A DNA stretch of 64,000 nucleotides from Promethearchaeia archaeon (GCA_029856125.1 JAHQWJ010000062.1:96001-160000), one strand, 5' to 3'. Numbered from the stretch's first letter, positions 1 through 10,635 are shown. Program-made: numbers and translations. Notes: generated from the sequence alone by a model not told the origin.

Positions 1-179
1 CTATTAATTTATCTTCCTGATTTGGGGGGAATCCTCGCTTCATATCTCGTTTATAATTATAAATTGAAAAATCGATAGTTATTTATGATATTGTTATAAC
101 TCAAATCCGAAAAAAATATCAACGAATAAACGCTATTTTTTTTATCATTATTGATTTATCTATTAATTGAGTTTTATTA

Positions 180-839
180 ATGCCAGAAGAAGAGTTATCA
201 AAAATAATTGAGTTAAATGAGGATTTAATTGAAAATAACGATAACTTAGCAGCTCAAAATAAAGAGATGCTCATAAAGTATAATATTCGTTCTTTTGATG
301 TCGTTGGGGCTATAGGAGCTGGAAAAACAGCGCTTTTAGAGTCTATTTCTAAGAGGATTTCTAAAAATAAAAGAGTCTTAGTAATAAACGGAGATGTAAC
401 TACGAGAATTGATGCTGATCGTATTGAAAAACATGGTGTAAAAACCATCCAGATAAACACCGGTAGGGAATGTGCTTTAAATTCTTATCACATTTCTCAA
501 GTGATAAAGAATTCGGATTTAAGTGAATACGATGTAATTTTTATAGAAAATGTAGGAAATCTTATATGTCCTTCAGATTTTATTTTAGGCACTGATAAAA
601 GAATAGTCGTTGTGTCTATTACAGAAGGGCCATGGGTTATTCGAAAGCATCCGATGTTGTTTAAATTTTCAGATGTAGCTATTATTAACAAAGTTGATCT
701 GATCGATGTGATAGATGTAAATATTGAAGATATGATTAGCGATGCATTAGAAATAAATCCGAATATAAAAATATTTACAACCAGTGCAATTACAGAAGAA
801 AACATACCCGAATTAATAAAAGAATTATTCTCCAATTAA
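180..839 (+). CDS. hypB: Hydrogenase nickel incorporation GTPase HypB
   Basis: GAIGAGKT P-loop, GD..T.IDADRI, QINTGRECAL, IENVGNLICP, NKVD. Confidence 0.9.
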   Translation: MPEEELSKIIELNEDLIENNDNLAAQNKEMLIKYNIRSFDVVGAIGAGKTALLESISKRISKNKRVLVINGDVTTRIDADRIEKHGVKTIQINTGRECALNSYHISQVIKNSDLSEYDVIFIENVGNLICPSDFILGTDKRIVVVSITEGPWVIRKHPMLFKFSDVAIINKVDLIDVIDVNIEDMISDALEINPNIKIFTTSAITEENIPELIKELFSN

Positions 840-963
840 TTAATAGAGATTGATAATAGATTGGTTAATTATTAAAAAAAAGTATAATAATAAAACAAAA
901 AATATTTTTTATTGAAGGTGTTGAAATATCAGTCTAAGGCAATATAATACCGAATTAGGTTTA

Positions 964-1347
964 TTGATTGATAAAATTGTTAAAGTTTATCTTGAAAATG
1001 ATAAATTCTTCGTAGGACAACTCAAAGGAGTTTCAGAGGACAGTAATCTTATTCTTACAAATGTTAAAAATGAAAAAGGTAAGGTTTTCCCAAAACTAAT
1101 GATTAGAAATACATATTATCATTATGTAACTGTTGAAGAAGAACCGTTTCCTATGGCCGCATTAGCAGACAGAATTGCAACAATTTTTTCAAAAGGGCAT
1201 GTAAATTACATTGAAGATCAAAACATCATTTCTATTTTAAATGGGAAAATTATCGTAAATGAAGACGGTGTGAGAGGTACTGGCCCTTCTGCCGATCGCG
1301 TAAAAAAAATTTACGACCAATTTAAAATCGATTTAGACAAGGAATAA
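964..1347 (+). CDS. Sm/Lsm-family RNA-binding protein with C-terminal extension (SmAP3-like)
   Basis: Sm1/Sm2-like pattern VKVYL..GQLKGV...NLILTNV...LMIR plus about 65-aa C-terminal domain; TTG start. Confidence 0.7.
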   Translation: MIDKIVKVYLENDKFFVGQLKGVSEDSNLILTNVKNEKGKVFPKLMIRNTYYHYVTVEEEPFPMAALADRIATIFSKGHVNYIEDQNIISILNGKIIVNEDGVRGTGPSADRVKKIYDQFKIDLDKE

Positions 1348-1365
1348 GTAAATCTTTTTTTTTAC

Positions 1366-1890
1366 TTATGCTGTTTCTTTTTTTCTTTTAAAGGCTTCCA
1401 ATAAGCTTTTTAATTCAATATCTTTAATTATATTTTTTAATAGCGCTTTTCCCAATGGCGTTATTTTTAATATATTTAGATCTTCGATTTTCCTTAAATA
1501 ATCGTTTTCGATTAAAAATTTCATATCAGTATTCCATACTTCTTTAAAAATATCTTTTAGGTCATTCAGGTCTAAATTATCATCCAATTCTTTGCTAAGG
1601 GCGAGGATTAGAACGAGAGTTCCGTATTGCGATGGAGTAACTCTATCATCTTTCCCTTCAGAAGTTAAAATGTAATAATTTTGATCTAAGAACTTCGATT
1701 TAATAAATTCAAACCCTACATTCCTTAAACTTGAATAAACAGCGCTTATCACCTGTTCAAAATCCAAGTTCTTAGTTAAAATCAGGAGATCTTTTTCTCT
1801 AATCATTTTTTGGGGGCTTGTTAGAATAATTTTAGCAATATTTTTCACTATTTCTTCAAGGTTTTCAGGTTCCATTTGATCTCTCATCAT
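1366..1890 (-). CDS. Hypothetical protein, probable tandem winged-helix (KITE/ScpB/Nse-like)
   Basis: 174 aa with two WH-like units ending LRNVGFEF..YYIL and LIENDYL..KITPLGK; overlaps the stop of the SMC-like gene. Confidence 0.45.
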   Translation of the reverse strand: MMRDQMEPENLEEIVKNIAKIILTSPQKMIREKDLLILTKNLDFEQVISAVYSSLRNVGFEFIKSKFLDQNYYILTSEGKDDRVTPSQYGTLVLILALSKELDDNLDLNDLKDIFKEVWNTDMKFLIENDYLRKIEDLNILKITPLGKALLKNIIKDIELKSLLEAFKRKKETA

Positions 1891-3512
1891 CTCTCATTTA
1901 CTTCTATAATTTTAAAATTATCGATATCTTTTTTCAACTCTAAGTTTGACATAAGCAATATAATACTCACATCAGATAAATTTTCGTCAGTTTTAAACAA
2001 GGGTATAATTTTCCTGATGGTTCTATAAATTGAACCACCTTTAGTATTATATACGGGGAGAATAAATAAATTTGAAAAAATAATATTTTTTGAATTTAAC
2101 AAAACTTTAAACGAGATAAAAAAACTAATAATGAAAAAAATTTTTTCAGGAGTGGTTAAATTCTCAAAATTTACATTAATTTTTGATTTTCTTGTGAAAT
2201 CCGTCTTTATCAGGAAAGCAGTGTTCATTTGGTTTGTAACGAGGTTAAATTGTACTTGGAGTTGAATTGTTTTTAGAAACTTATTCGTAATATTTTCAAT
2301 GTTTTTAATAAGATTCTCAAAAATATGAAACTGTTCAAAAAATTCTTCGATTTCTTCTTCATTTACGTTAATATTTATTTTTTCATAGTTATTTCTAAGG
2401 GTACCGTCAATTTCTTTAAACTTCTCTATCATTGTGGGCATATTACTTAGAAAGTTTTTCTTATTTAGATTGGGGGGAAACGATAAATTATCCAGTTCAG
2501 ATTCAACATCTCTTATTTCATGTTCAATCTCTAAATATGGTCTAATAGGTTGTGAAAGTAACTCTTCAGTCTTTCCAAATTGAATTTCTTCATTTTTACT
2601 AAGTTCCTTTCCATAATCGTTTTGAGCTTGTCTCAATCTTTTCTCTTCTTTGTTTATGGTTTCTAAAATTTCCTCATAATCATTTCTGTAAATTTCATAA
2701 TTTGGTAATAGCTCTTCGAATTCTGCTTGTGATTGTTTTGCTCTTAACCTAATCTGGTTACTTTCATATTGAGTTTCTTTTGCTTTTTTTTGAAGGGCTC
2801 TAATCTTCTCTGAATTCGTTAAATTTGTTTCAATACCAAACCTTAGAAAAGAATTATCTTCATTTTCTGTTTTTGATCCTTCTAATTGTCTAGTAATTTT
2901 ATTAATTTGATCAAAGCAATTTTTTTTAATTTGAGATTGTTCTTGAATTAGGGTTTTACAAGTTGTCAGATCTTTCTTGATTTTATCAATTTGATTTTTA
3001 CGTTGAAAATAATCTTCTTTGATGTAGGACAATTTCACCTTATTACTATTTATAGATTCGGTCAAACTTTTCATTAAATCTGCAATCGCTAAGATATCGC
3101 TTGAAGATTTACGAATTTTTGATAATTCTAACTCTTTAGACAGGAGTTTCTTTTTTGCTGAGAAATAAATTAACTTAAAGAGGGTATACAAAATTTCCAT
3201 ATTTTTACTAAATTTTAAGTAGATTTCTAGATTATTTTCAACGATCTTACTATAACCTGACAGGAGGTCGAGTATTTTCGTAAAATTTGTTAAGTCAGAT
3301 AAATTATTTGATTCGTTTGAAATTACATTAATAATTTTCTCTACTGGAATTAAATCCAGATTTTCTTGAATCTGAAGATAATCGTCACTATGATATTCGT
3401 GGAATTGATTAAGCTTAAATTTTCCTTGTATTAGAGTGAATCGATCTTCAATAAAAATCTTATTTTCCCCTACTTTAATCTCAGTCCTATTTTTATTAAT
3501 GAGTAGAATCAC
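1887..3512 (-). CDS. Long coiled-coil protein with degenerate SMC/ABC-type C-terminal head
   Basis: About 300 aa of coiled coil, then FENLTTPEKIFFIISF..NIIFSNL at the position of the LSGGEK signature and Walker B; no intact Walker A. Confidence 0.45.
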   Translation of the reverse strand: MILLINKNRTEIKVGENKIFIEDRFTLIQGKFKLNQFHEYHSDDYLQIQENLDLIPVEKIINVISNESNNLSDLTNFTKILDLLSGYSKIVENNLEIYLKFSKNMEILYTLFKLIYFSAKKKLLSKELELSKIRKSSSDILAIADLMKSLTESINSNKVKLSYIKEDYFQRKNQIDKIKKDLTTCKTLIQEQSQIKKNCFDQINKITRQLEGSKTENEDNSFLRFGIETNLTNSEKIRALQKKAKETQYESNQIRLRAKQSQAEFEELLPNYEIYRNDYEEILETINKEEKRLRQAQNDYGKELSKNEEIQFGKTEELLSQPIRPYLEIEHEIRDVESELDNLSFPPNLNKKNFLSNMPTMIEKFKEIDGTLRNNYEKININVNEEEIEEFFEQFHIFENLIKNIENITNKFLKTIQLQVQFNLVTNQMNTAFLIKTDFTRKSKINVNFENLTTPEKIFFIISFFISFKVLLNSKNIIFSNLFILPVYNTKGGSIYRTIRKIIPLFKTDENLSDVSIILLMSNLELKKDIDNFKIIEVNER

Positions 3513-3525
3513 TCCGCTTTAATAT

Positions 3526-4560
3526 TTAATCACTTTCAAAATGATCCTTAAACGTGTCATATTCTTTTTTTCTTTTTCTTTTTCTTTCTCTAATTAATTC
3601 TATTGGGTCTACACTGGAATCATCGAGAGAAACATGATGTTCATCTGATCTTTTATCCATTTGTTTTTTAAACATCTCAATTTTTTGAGAGATTTCTTCT
3701 GTTATTTCAAGTGTTTTCTCGTTTTCCGTATCACTAATGTCAGTCAATTTTTCACGCTTCTGTTTTCGCAATATTCTTTTAAATTCTTTATTTGATAATT
3801 TTAAATAACTATCATAAGATTCTGTTTGCTCTTCTTGTTGTTTTTTTAATTCTTCAATTTCTTGTCTTTTTATGTTTTTTACCAAGAGTTCTTTCTTCGA
3901 TTTTAATTCTTCTTCAGATAGTTTATGTTCAAGCGATTGAGTGAATTTAATATAAGTTATCTCGGGTGTAATATGAAACTGTTTTTTAAAATCTTCGATT
4001 ATGAAAGGTTCTACATTACGGGGTATTTTAGCCAGTTCCTTTTTTAATTTGTTCTGTAAATTTATTTTATAGTGTTCTCTCAGATTGTCAACAGATTTTA
4101 GAAAAAGGGTGTTCTGATTTAAGGAATCTATTAAATCAAGCCATTGTTTAACGCTAACAGAAGGAATGTGGGTAATTCTTTCAATTATTTTACTAATTTT
4201 TTTATTTTCAATAAAAGATAGGCCAATCTGTGTAAGAGAGTCATTGTCCAAATCAATGATTTTCAGTTTATCGTTAATTGATTTCTTGTATTTATTAATC
4301 AAATAGCTTTTTAACTTTAAAAATTTGTTAATGTTGTGCTTTGAGACAGTCTTTAAATTTTCGTTGATTCTCTCTACTAATTTAGTTAATTGTGTGAAAT
4401 CTTTTAAAAATAAATCGTTTCCGTCGTAAAATGAAGCTATCTGGTGCTCAGATTCTAAATTTTTTACTATATTTGATACTTGGTTGACCTTTCCTTGTAA
4501 ATTTTTAATGGGAGCGGTTAACTCCTTTATCTTTTCAAGGTTAAATAGTTCTGTTTCCAT
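3526..4560 (-). CDS. Hypothetical coiled-coil protein
   Basis: 344-aa ORF, K/E-rich heptads, tight operon spacing. Confidence 0.75.
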   Translation of the reverse strand: METELFNLEKIKELTAPIKNLQGKVNQVSNIVKNLESEHQIASFYDGNDLFLKDFTQLTKLVERINENLKTVSKHNINKFLKLKSYLINKYKKSINDKLKIIDLDNDSLTQIGLSFIENKKISKIIERITHIPSVSVKQWLDLIDSLNQNTLFLKSVDNLREHYKINLQNKLKKELAKIPRNVEPFIIEDFKKQFHITPEITYIKFTQSLEHKLSEEELKSKKELLVKNIKRQEIEELKKQQEEQTESYDSYLKLSNKEFKRILRKQKREKLTDISDTENEKTLEITEEISQKIEMFKKQMDKRSDEHHVSLDDSSVDPIELIRERKRKRKKEYDTFKDHFESD

Positions 4561-4607
4561 TTTATCAATTAAATTAAATTTTTTATTTAGTAATTAAAAA
4601 AAATATA

Positions 4608-5726
4608 TTATATCTCTGGAGGTCCTTTCATATTGCGTTTTTCCTGCTTAGTTCTCGAAGAGTTTAAAAAAAATTTCTTTGAATCGCTTAAATTATCTTG
4701 TCTTTCAACATGCATAGCGGTCCCTCCCACTAATTTTAGAGAATTGTAAAATAAATCGTAAGTTAAACGTTCTGTGTTAATAGCTTTTAAGAGTGAAACT
4801 TTTGTTCCTCTTTCAATATCTGAGCCTGAAAATCCTATTGTAAGCTCTAACAATCCCTTGTTTTTATTATTTTTATTGATTTCATCCCAAAGTAGAGTAT
4901 CACTAAATTCGGAAATTTCAAATCCTAGTTTATGCGTAAGATTACTATGTATCTTTTTAATCATCTCGTATTCTTCTGTTAAATTTGAATAAATTGAGTC
5001 ATCAACACCAATTTTCGCAATTTTAACTTTAGCGAGGAAGGATTCTATTATTTTTCTTCTCAGATGATAATCTGGGAATTCAAAACTAAAGTGAAATGTA
5101 AACCGCCTCCAAATTGCTGAATCTAATTGATTTTGATGATTTGTCGCCCCAAATATTGCTAAGGGTACTCCTTCATAATTTATTCTATCAATTACTTGTA
5201 AAAATGAAATAACGGCTCGTTTGATCTCACCTACTTCATGAATGTTTGACCTTTCGGAGCCTATAGAATCTATTTCATCAAAGAATAGGATAAAATTACC
5301 TCGTTCCTTTGCTATTTCTGCCGCAAGATCCACAACATTCCTAATTTGTTTTATAGTATCTCCTAACAAAGGAGAAACTAACCTATCAGTTTCTACTACG
5401 CATAAGGGAATATCATAATGTTTTGCAAACCCTCTTGTAAGAGAGGTTTTACCTGTTCCTGGAGGGCCATACAAGAGAACAGTCAAACTAGGGTTGAGTT
5501 TTGCTCCCTTTAATCGTTTACTAAATTCATAGTATTTCTTCAAAGCTTTAAAGAAGTCGTGTAAAATTTCTTTTTTATTCTCATTACCTAGAATATCATC
5601 GATTGATTCTTGTATTGTGGAAGGAAAATACACCGCGCCATATTTGCCTAACCTATTTTTAATGACATCTTCGGTAAAAGTTATCTCCTTGTCTCCATCT
5701 TCTTTAGAATTACTCATTTTTCTCAT
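4608..5726 (-). CDS. AAA+ ATPase (single AAA module)
   Basis: [27 protein letters not shown] second region of homology, GFSGSDI. Confidence 0.9.
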   Translation of the reverse strand: MRKMSNSKEDGDKEITFTEDVIKNRLGKYGAVYFPSTIQESIDDILGNENKKEILHDFFKALKKYYEFSKRLKGAKLNPSLTVLLYGPPGTGKTSLTRGFAKHYDIPLCVVETDRLVSPLLGDTIKQIRNVVDLAAEIAKERGNFILFFDEIDSIGSERSNIHEVGEIKRAVISFLQVIDRINYEGVPLAIFGATNHQNQLDSAIWRRFTFHFSFEFPDYHLRRKIIESFLAKVKIAKIGVDDSIYSNLTEEYEMIKKIHSNLTHKLGFEISEFSDTLLWDEINKNNKNKGLLELTIGFSGSDIERGTKVSLLKAINTERLTYDLFYNSLKLVGGTAMHVERQDNLSDSKKFFLNSSRTKQEKRNMKGPPEI

Positions 5727-5742
5727 CTCTTTTTATTCTAAT

Positions 5743-7059
5743 TTAGTTATTTTTTCTTTCTTTATCAAACTTTTTACAAAATTCTGCTATTTCTAAGATA
5801 AAATCTTTAAGGTTATCGATTTGAGACCCAATAAAGTTAAAAATTTCTTTTCTGTATTGCGGAGAATCCCGTATTTTCATTTTATCAATACCTAGATAGT
5901 TGGGAAAACAGAGAAGCTTCATCAAATAAGGTAAAATCTTCTCATTTGTTTGTAAATCCTTAAAGATAGGATAGAAAATGTTTTGGTCTGACAATTTCCA
6001 CTTCAATATACCCATATAAATCAAAAAAGCAAAATTCATTGAAATCCAATTTATTAATTCCCTCGATAAAAAACCTCTTCTCTGGGAAGAGAAAGCTAAA
6101 TAATAGAGAAACAAGCTTTCATTGCTTAGTTGAGGTATTAATCGTACTTTTCCATCAGATTGTGAATTTTTTCGGAAAAAATTATTTTCTGTTAGTAAAT
6201 CTACTAAGTCCTCGCTTGGAACAATAAAAATTCCGTCTATTATTCGCAATCCAAATCGTTCAGAAATTTTCTCGATAGCCTCTTCTTCTGCATTTGCTAT
6301 AGAATCAATATATGGTTCGAATACTTCAGATTTTAATATCATAGGCAGTTCTTGATTTTCTCTTTCAGGGAATTCTCCGAAATTTGGATCCAAATTAAAG
6401 AGTGATGTTATATTATTAATGATATTATAAACTTTAGGGGAAATTCCCGGAATTTCAAATAAATCAGAGGATTCTAATTTTTCTCGGTAATAAGTATGTG
6501 GTTGGAGCATATGTCTTTGACAATCGTACAAATCTGAAGAATAACCTAATAATTTACTATAGATAATGCTTAAATTTCTACCTCTCGGGAGGAGCCGTTC
6601 TTCAATGAACTTAACTAAAACATATAAAATGGTGTTTTCTAAATTTGTTTCGTCTGGATTTGTGATGTGTAACAAAACATTCAGAGCCCCGACTGATTCG
6701 TATAAGAATTCAATAATATAATCTTTAATATCAAGAATAGGTATTTGATTCCGATATTTAACTAAGAAATCTTTAATAATTTCATATATATTTGACCTGT
6801 ACATTGCGGAAAATTCTGATAAAGCTCTCACTTTTCTAAAATTTCGTTTTTCTTCTTCTTCTCGGATTTTATCTAGAATTTCTGTATCTAAAAGAAGGTC
6901 CGCATCCAAATCAATTATTATTCTTCTCGTTTCTCTTAGTATTGGACGCATATGAGTTAAAAACGTAAGGTACCTCGGTAAGATATCGGTCCACTTCTCC
7001 CTTTTTCTCCCAGGTCTAACATTCCTTGTCGTTTTTTTTTTATAACTCATAATTCTCAC
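5743..7059 (-). CDS. Hypothetical protein
   Basis: 438-aa ORF in operon; ATG at 7050 is a likely start. Confidence 0.75.
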   Translation of the reverse strand: MRIMSYKKKTTRNVRPGRKREKWTDILPRYLTFLTHMRPILRETRRIIIDLDADLLLDTEILDKIREEEEKRNFRKVRALSEFSAMYRSNIYEIIKDFLVKYRNQIPILDIKDYIIEFLYESVGALNVLLHITNPDETNLENTILYVLVKFIEERLLPRGRNLSIIYSKLLGYSSDLYDCQRHMLQPHTYYREKLESSDLFEIPGISPKVYNIINNITSLFNLDPNFGEFPERENQELPMILKSEVFEPYIDSIANAEEEAIEKISERFGLRIIDGIFIVPSEDLVDLLTENNFFRKNSQSDGKVRLIPQLSNESLFLYYLAFSSQRRGFLSRELINWISMNFAFLIYMGILKWKLSDQNIFYPIFKDLQTNEKILPYLMKLLCFPNYLGIDKMKIRDSPQYRKEIFNFIGSQIDNLKDFILEIAEFCKKFDKERKNN

Positions 7060-7076
7060 TCATTTTATCATTGTTA

Positions 7077-8225
7077 TTAACTTTCGTCGTAACCCACTAA
7101 GATTTCTGTGAAAATATTCGAAATTTCTACGAAAATTGGTATTTCTACTCTTACAAGTTGACCAAGGACCCATTTATTAACATCTTTAATCAAAAATCGT
7201 ATTTGATTATGGATTTTTTTATTTATATCTGAATCAATTATTTTAGACAACCATAGCCCGCCCCCTAATCTGTAAGCAATGATTTTAATTAAAGGTTCGA
7301 ACAACGGTTCTAAAACTTGTCTCATCATCCAAGATTTAGGAATTACACTCATAGTATCTGCATTGTAATTAGGATCGTTAAGGATGGGGTTTGTTTCATC
7401 TACAGATAATTTAGGTAAAAAACTTAACAGCAGTATTAATGCAAAAATGGCCGAAATACCGTTCAATGTATAAGATCCACCAATCTTATCTAAATCATCC
7501 CTATTAGTGGCCACATTCGCTAAGAACATACATATAAATACGTTTCTATCAAATGCTTCAGAAACGTACGTATATCCTAATTTTTCGTCTAGTATCAAAT
7601 ATTTCTCTTCAAGTATTTTAATAATCTTTTCCGGAAAAGTGTAAAAAGTGAATATTTTTTCTTCACTTTTTCTAACATCTTTTTCTATAATTAATTCTTT
7701 TGACACGAGACCAAATAATTTAACCAACTCTTCAAGTTGACTTTTAATATAATGTCGAGGTTTATTTGGGTCGCCAAACATCGCATAAAATTGATAATCA
7801 ACGATATGAAAGTCATTTCTTTTACTAAAAGCTTCAACCATTCTATCAATTACAGGTCCTTGAGTTCCCGTAGCAACAGCTTTAGCTTTTGATGCCACGA
7901 ATCCGTTTAACAGCTCGTTTATGATGAAATCCTGTTCGTGAGTACGAGATTTTATTATCTTTTGAAATGCTTCAGAAAAATCGTTTGTGTTAGGGAAAAA
8001 CGCGTTTTGAATTTTATCGTCAATGGATTTTAAGAAAATTTCACCATTATTTTTAGGAAAATGAAGCCTCATATTCTTTAACCTTTGTTTTAAAGCTTCT
8101 TTTGCACCAGGTATGTTTTCCACGTCTCGTTTTTCGAGCTCATCAATAGCCTTCTCTAAGCCCATCTCAAAGTCTTGAAGCAGTTCGTGCCAAGTGCTTT
8201 CTTGATTTCTTTCCATTTTGTTCAC
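7077..8225 (-). CDS. Hypothetical protein
   Basis: 382-aa ORF; GGTGA SD-like motif precedes ATG at 8216. Confidence 0.75.
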   Translation of the reverse strand: MNKMERNQESTWHELLQDFEMGLEKAIDELEKRDVENIPGAKEALKQRLKNMRLHFPKNNGEIFLKSIDDKIQNAFFPNTNDFSEAFQKIIKSRTHEQDFIINELLNGFVASKAKAVATGTQGPVIDRMVEAFSKRNDFHIVDYQFYAMFGDPNKPRHYIKSQLEELVKLFGLVSKELIIEKDVRKSEEKIFTFYTFPEKIIKILEEKYLILDEKLGYTYVSEAFDRNVFICMFLANVATNRDDLDKIGGSYTLNGISAIFALILLLSFLPKLSVDETNPILNDPNYNADTMSVIPKSWMMRQVLEPLFEPLIKIIAYRLGGGLWLSKIIDSDINKKIHNQIRFLIKDVNKWVLGQLVRVEIPIFVEISNIFTEILVGYDES

Positions 8226-8250
8226 CTTAATGGTATGGTTTTTTTCAGTT

Positions 8251-9207
8251 TCACCAATTTAACTCTTGTTTTATTCTCTTTAATGCATTGATTAATGGCG
8301 TTACAAGTTTTTTATCATAGATATTAGGAGACGCTACCCCCCTTTGGGCTTTCCAGCCCATTTGGATTCCTTCACCTATTTCTCTCTGTCCGTACTTTAA
8401 TAGACTGCTTAAGTCTCGCATCCACCAATAAAATCTTAGCCATCGCTTATTAGGATTATCTTTAGCGTGAATAACTGCTAGTGCTTTCCACTCCCCCATT
8501 AACCATTTCACAGTTATACCGCTTACTGGCAGGTAATAATTGATTGGGAAATTAGTTTGAAAACGTAAATCCAACTCTGAAGATTGTATGTTAAAAATTG
8601 GTTGATTATACCCTTCCAGTATAACTATTTCACCACAATGTTGGCATTCGTAATGAGATTTCTTTTTTGACATTTTTTTTTGACATTTTGGGCAAGTTCG
8701 ATGTTCTAAAATTCTAAATTTGATTAAATCTAAGTATTTTTCCTTCTCTAGAGCATCTTTGGTTTTAGGTTCCTGCTTTACATATTTTCCGCCCCAAGTC
8801 CAAATATCGTCAAAATTATTATTAATTTTTTCTAATGTGACTATAAGGTTATTTAATACCTGTTTTTCATAGATTTTAAACATGCCAGCATGCTGAAAAC
8901 TTTTCCACCATGAGAGTCTCACGTATTTTTCGTCTTTTAAATAAGCACTATGACAGATTAACGCAGCAAACAAACGAGTTTCAGTTTTGCTTATTATAAT
9001 ACCTTGTTCGCACACTTCGTATTTTTTATTTATACTTGCAGTATTATGAAAATATTCTCCTTCTAGAAATTCTCCTTTTTCTACCTTTTTTATATCTTCA
9101 AGTTCAGCTTTTTCGTCTTTTTGCTTTACAATTTTTCGACATTGAGGGCATTGGTAAATTCCAGAAACCAAAGGCTCCATTTCGATGTTACACGCTGAAC
9201 ACTTCAA
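8251..9207 (-). CDS. Duplicated zinc-ribbon plus beta-sheet/helix domain protein
   Basis: CSAC..CPQC and CPKC..CQHC, each followed by a related unit (VRLSWW..KIYEK..L / LRFYWW..NIYDK..L). Confidence 0.7.
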   Translation of the reverse strand: MKCSACNIEMEPLVSGIYQCPQCRKIVKQKDEKAELEDIKKVEKGEFLEGEYFHNTASINKKYEVCEQGIIISKTETRLFAALICHSAYLKDEKYVRLSWWKSFQHAGMFKIYEKQVLNNLIVTLEKINNNFDDIWTWGGKYVKQEPKTKDALEKEKYLDLIKFRILEHRTCPKCQKKMSKKKSHYECQHCGEIVILEGYNQPIFNIQSSELDLRFQTNFPINYYLPVSGITVKWLMGEWKALAVIHAKDNPNKRWLRFYWWMRDLSSLLKYGQREIGEGIQMGWKAQRGVASPNIYDKKLVTPLINALKRIKQELNW

Positions 9208-9209
9208 AT

Positions 9210-10310
9210 TTAATCATCACTTCTTGTAATTAAATACCGTTCATAATCTAAATTTAATAATTTTAATTCTTTCTTCGTTAATACTTCAAGTTCTTTATTA
9301 ATTTTTATTAAATCCTCTCTAAATTTAAGTAGAACATTTTGAATTTTATTTACTATGTTATCTTCGTTAAATGAAACTTTTTCAATAAATTCAAGATAAC
9401 TAAACTTTTTATCTTTTCCAGAATAATATTTTTTGGTTTCTAATATTTTCTCGTCGAGTTGTTCCATCCTAAACCTAGCGTTCAGTATTGTCATCACTCT
9501 GAAATGCCAATCGTTACCAATTTCATTCCTTTCTGTATCTTCATCAAAGTTGAACTTCTCAGGAAGTTCAATTTTTTCATCCCTCAGATATTTAAAGACA
9601 TCTTTCTCACCCTTAATCGCTTCAAAAATTTTTTTTAACACGGGTTTACTCCTTAATTTTGGTTCAAAGATATCTATATACTCGTTAATTTTTTCTTTTA
9701 TATCTAAATATTTCTGGTGAACCCCTTCAATTGTGATCTCAATTTTAATTGCCTGATAAACATTGCCAAATTGATCTAATATGTAGTATACATCATCGGA
9801 TATTGTGTAATCGTTTTCTCCAATTTGAGATATAAATGGATGAATATGGTTACTATTCTGACATTTTACTCCTTTTAATTTAATCAAAGCTAAATTATAA
9901 TTTCTTCTGGTAAGAAACTTAAATTTTTTATTTATCATTAAGAAAAGAGTATGGTCTGGGACCGATATTTTGTCGTTCTCGATGGTAATTGTTTCTTCTC
10001 CTAATCGTATTATAAAATCCCCATCTTTATGATTAAATTCTCTAATACTACGAATATTTTTAAACAAGCCTAAATCGATCGCTATATCGATAAAATTTTC
10101 TTCCCACAAGTTAAGTACGTTATTTTTAAATATTTCGTCTAAGATAATGACTTTCTCATAGGATTCTATAATTTTTGAATCCTTTAAGTCTTTAAACAAG
10201 TCATTTCTGATAATATATAAAAACATAATAATGTATCTCATATTAAGATCGTCCAAAACCCTTTCTATCAAGCTCTTATCATATTCTAGTGACAAATTCG
10301 TATGTTCCAT
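9210..10310 (-). CDS. Hypothetical protein with C-terminal coiled coil
   Basis: 366-aa ORF, first gene of the 8-gene minus-strand run. Confidence 0.75.
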   Translation of the reverse strand: MEHTNLSLEYDKSLIERVLDDLNMRYIIMFLYIIRNDLFKDLKDSKIIESYEKVIILDEIFKNNVLNLWEENFIDIAIDLGLFKNIRSIREFNHKDGDFIIRLGEETITIENDKISVPDHTLFLMINKKFKFLTRRNYNLALIKLKGVKCQNSNHIHPFISQIGENDYTISDDVYYILDQFGNVYQAIKIEITIEGVHQKYLDIKEKINEYIDIFEPKLRSKPVLKKIFEAIKGEKDVFKYLRDEKIELPEKFNFDEDTERNEIGNDWHFRVMTILNARFRMEQLDEKILETKKYYSGKDKKFSYLEFIEKVSFNEDNIVNKIQNVLLKFREDLIKINKELEVLTKKELKLLNLDYERYLITRSDD

Positions 10311-10635
10311 GCCTAAAATCCACTCATTTTTTTTTAACTACTAAGACAATTCAGTGAAAAAGAGTAATTGAGATAAGGTATCATTCCTAAAAAATTTTCC
10401 GTTTTATACTAAAAATCGGCTCTAAATTGTTTCTAAAATTCTTAGAACTCTTTTTTCTTCTAAATAAAAAGGTTTATTACAATAATATAGAAAATAAGTT
10501 AACTAACCGAAAAATAAATTTCAACGATATTAATCCGAATAAAAAACTCATTAAAACAAAAGTATAAATTATTGTAACAAAACTTTTTTGTTATGTTTTT
10601 CTTATTTAGTATATACAATAATTAGTGTTTGAATA

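Noticed and set aside
1-43. Possible start of a minus-strand gene (MKRGFPPNQEDKLI)
   Set aside because: Only 14 codons are visible, so it cannot be supported.
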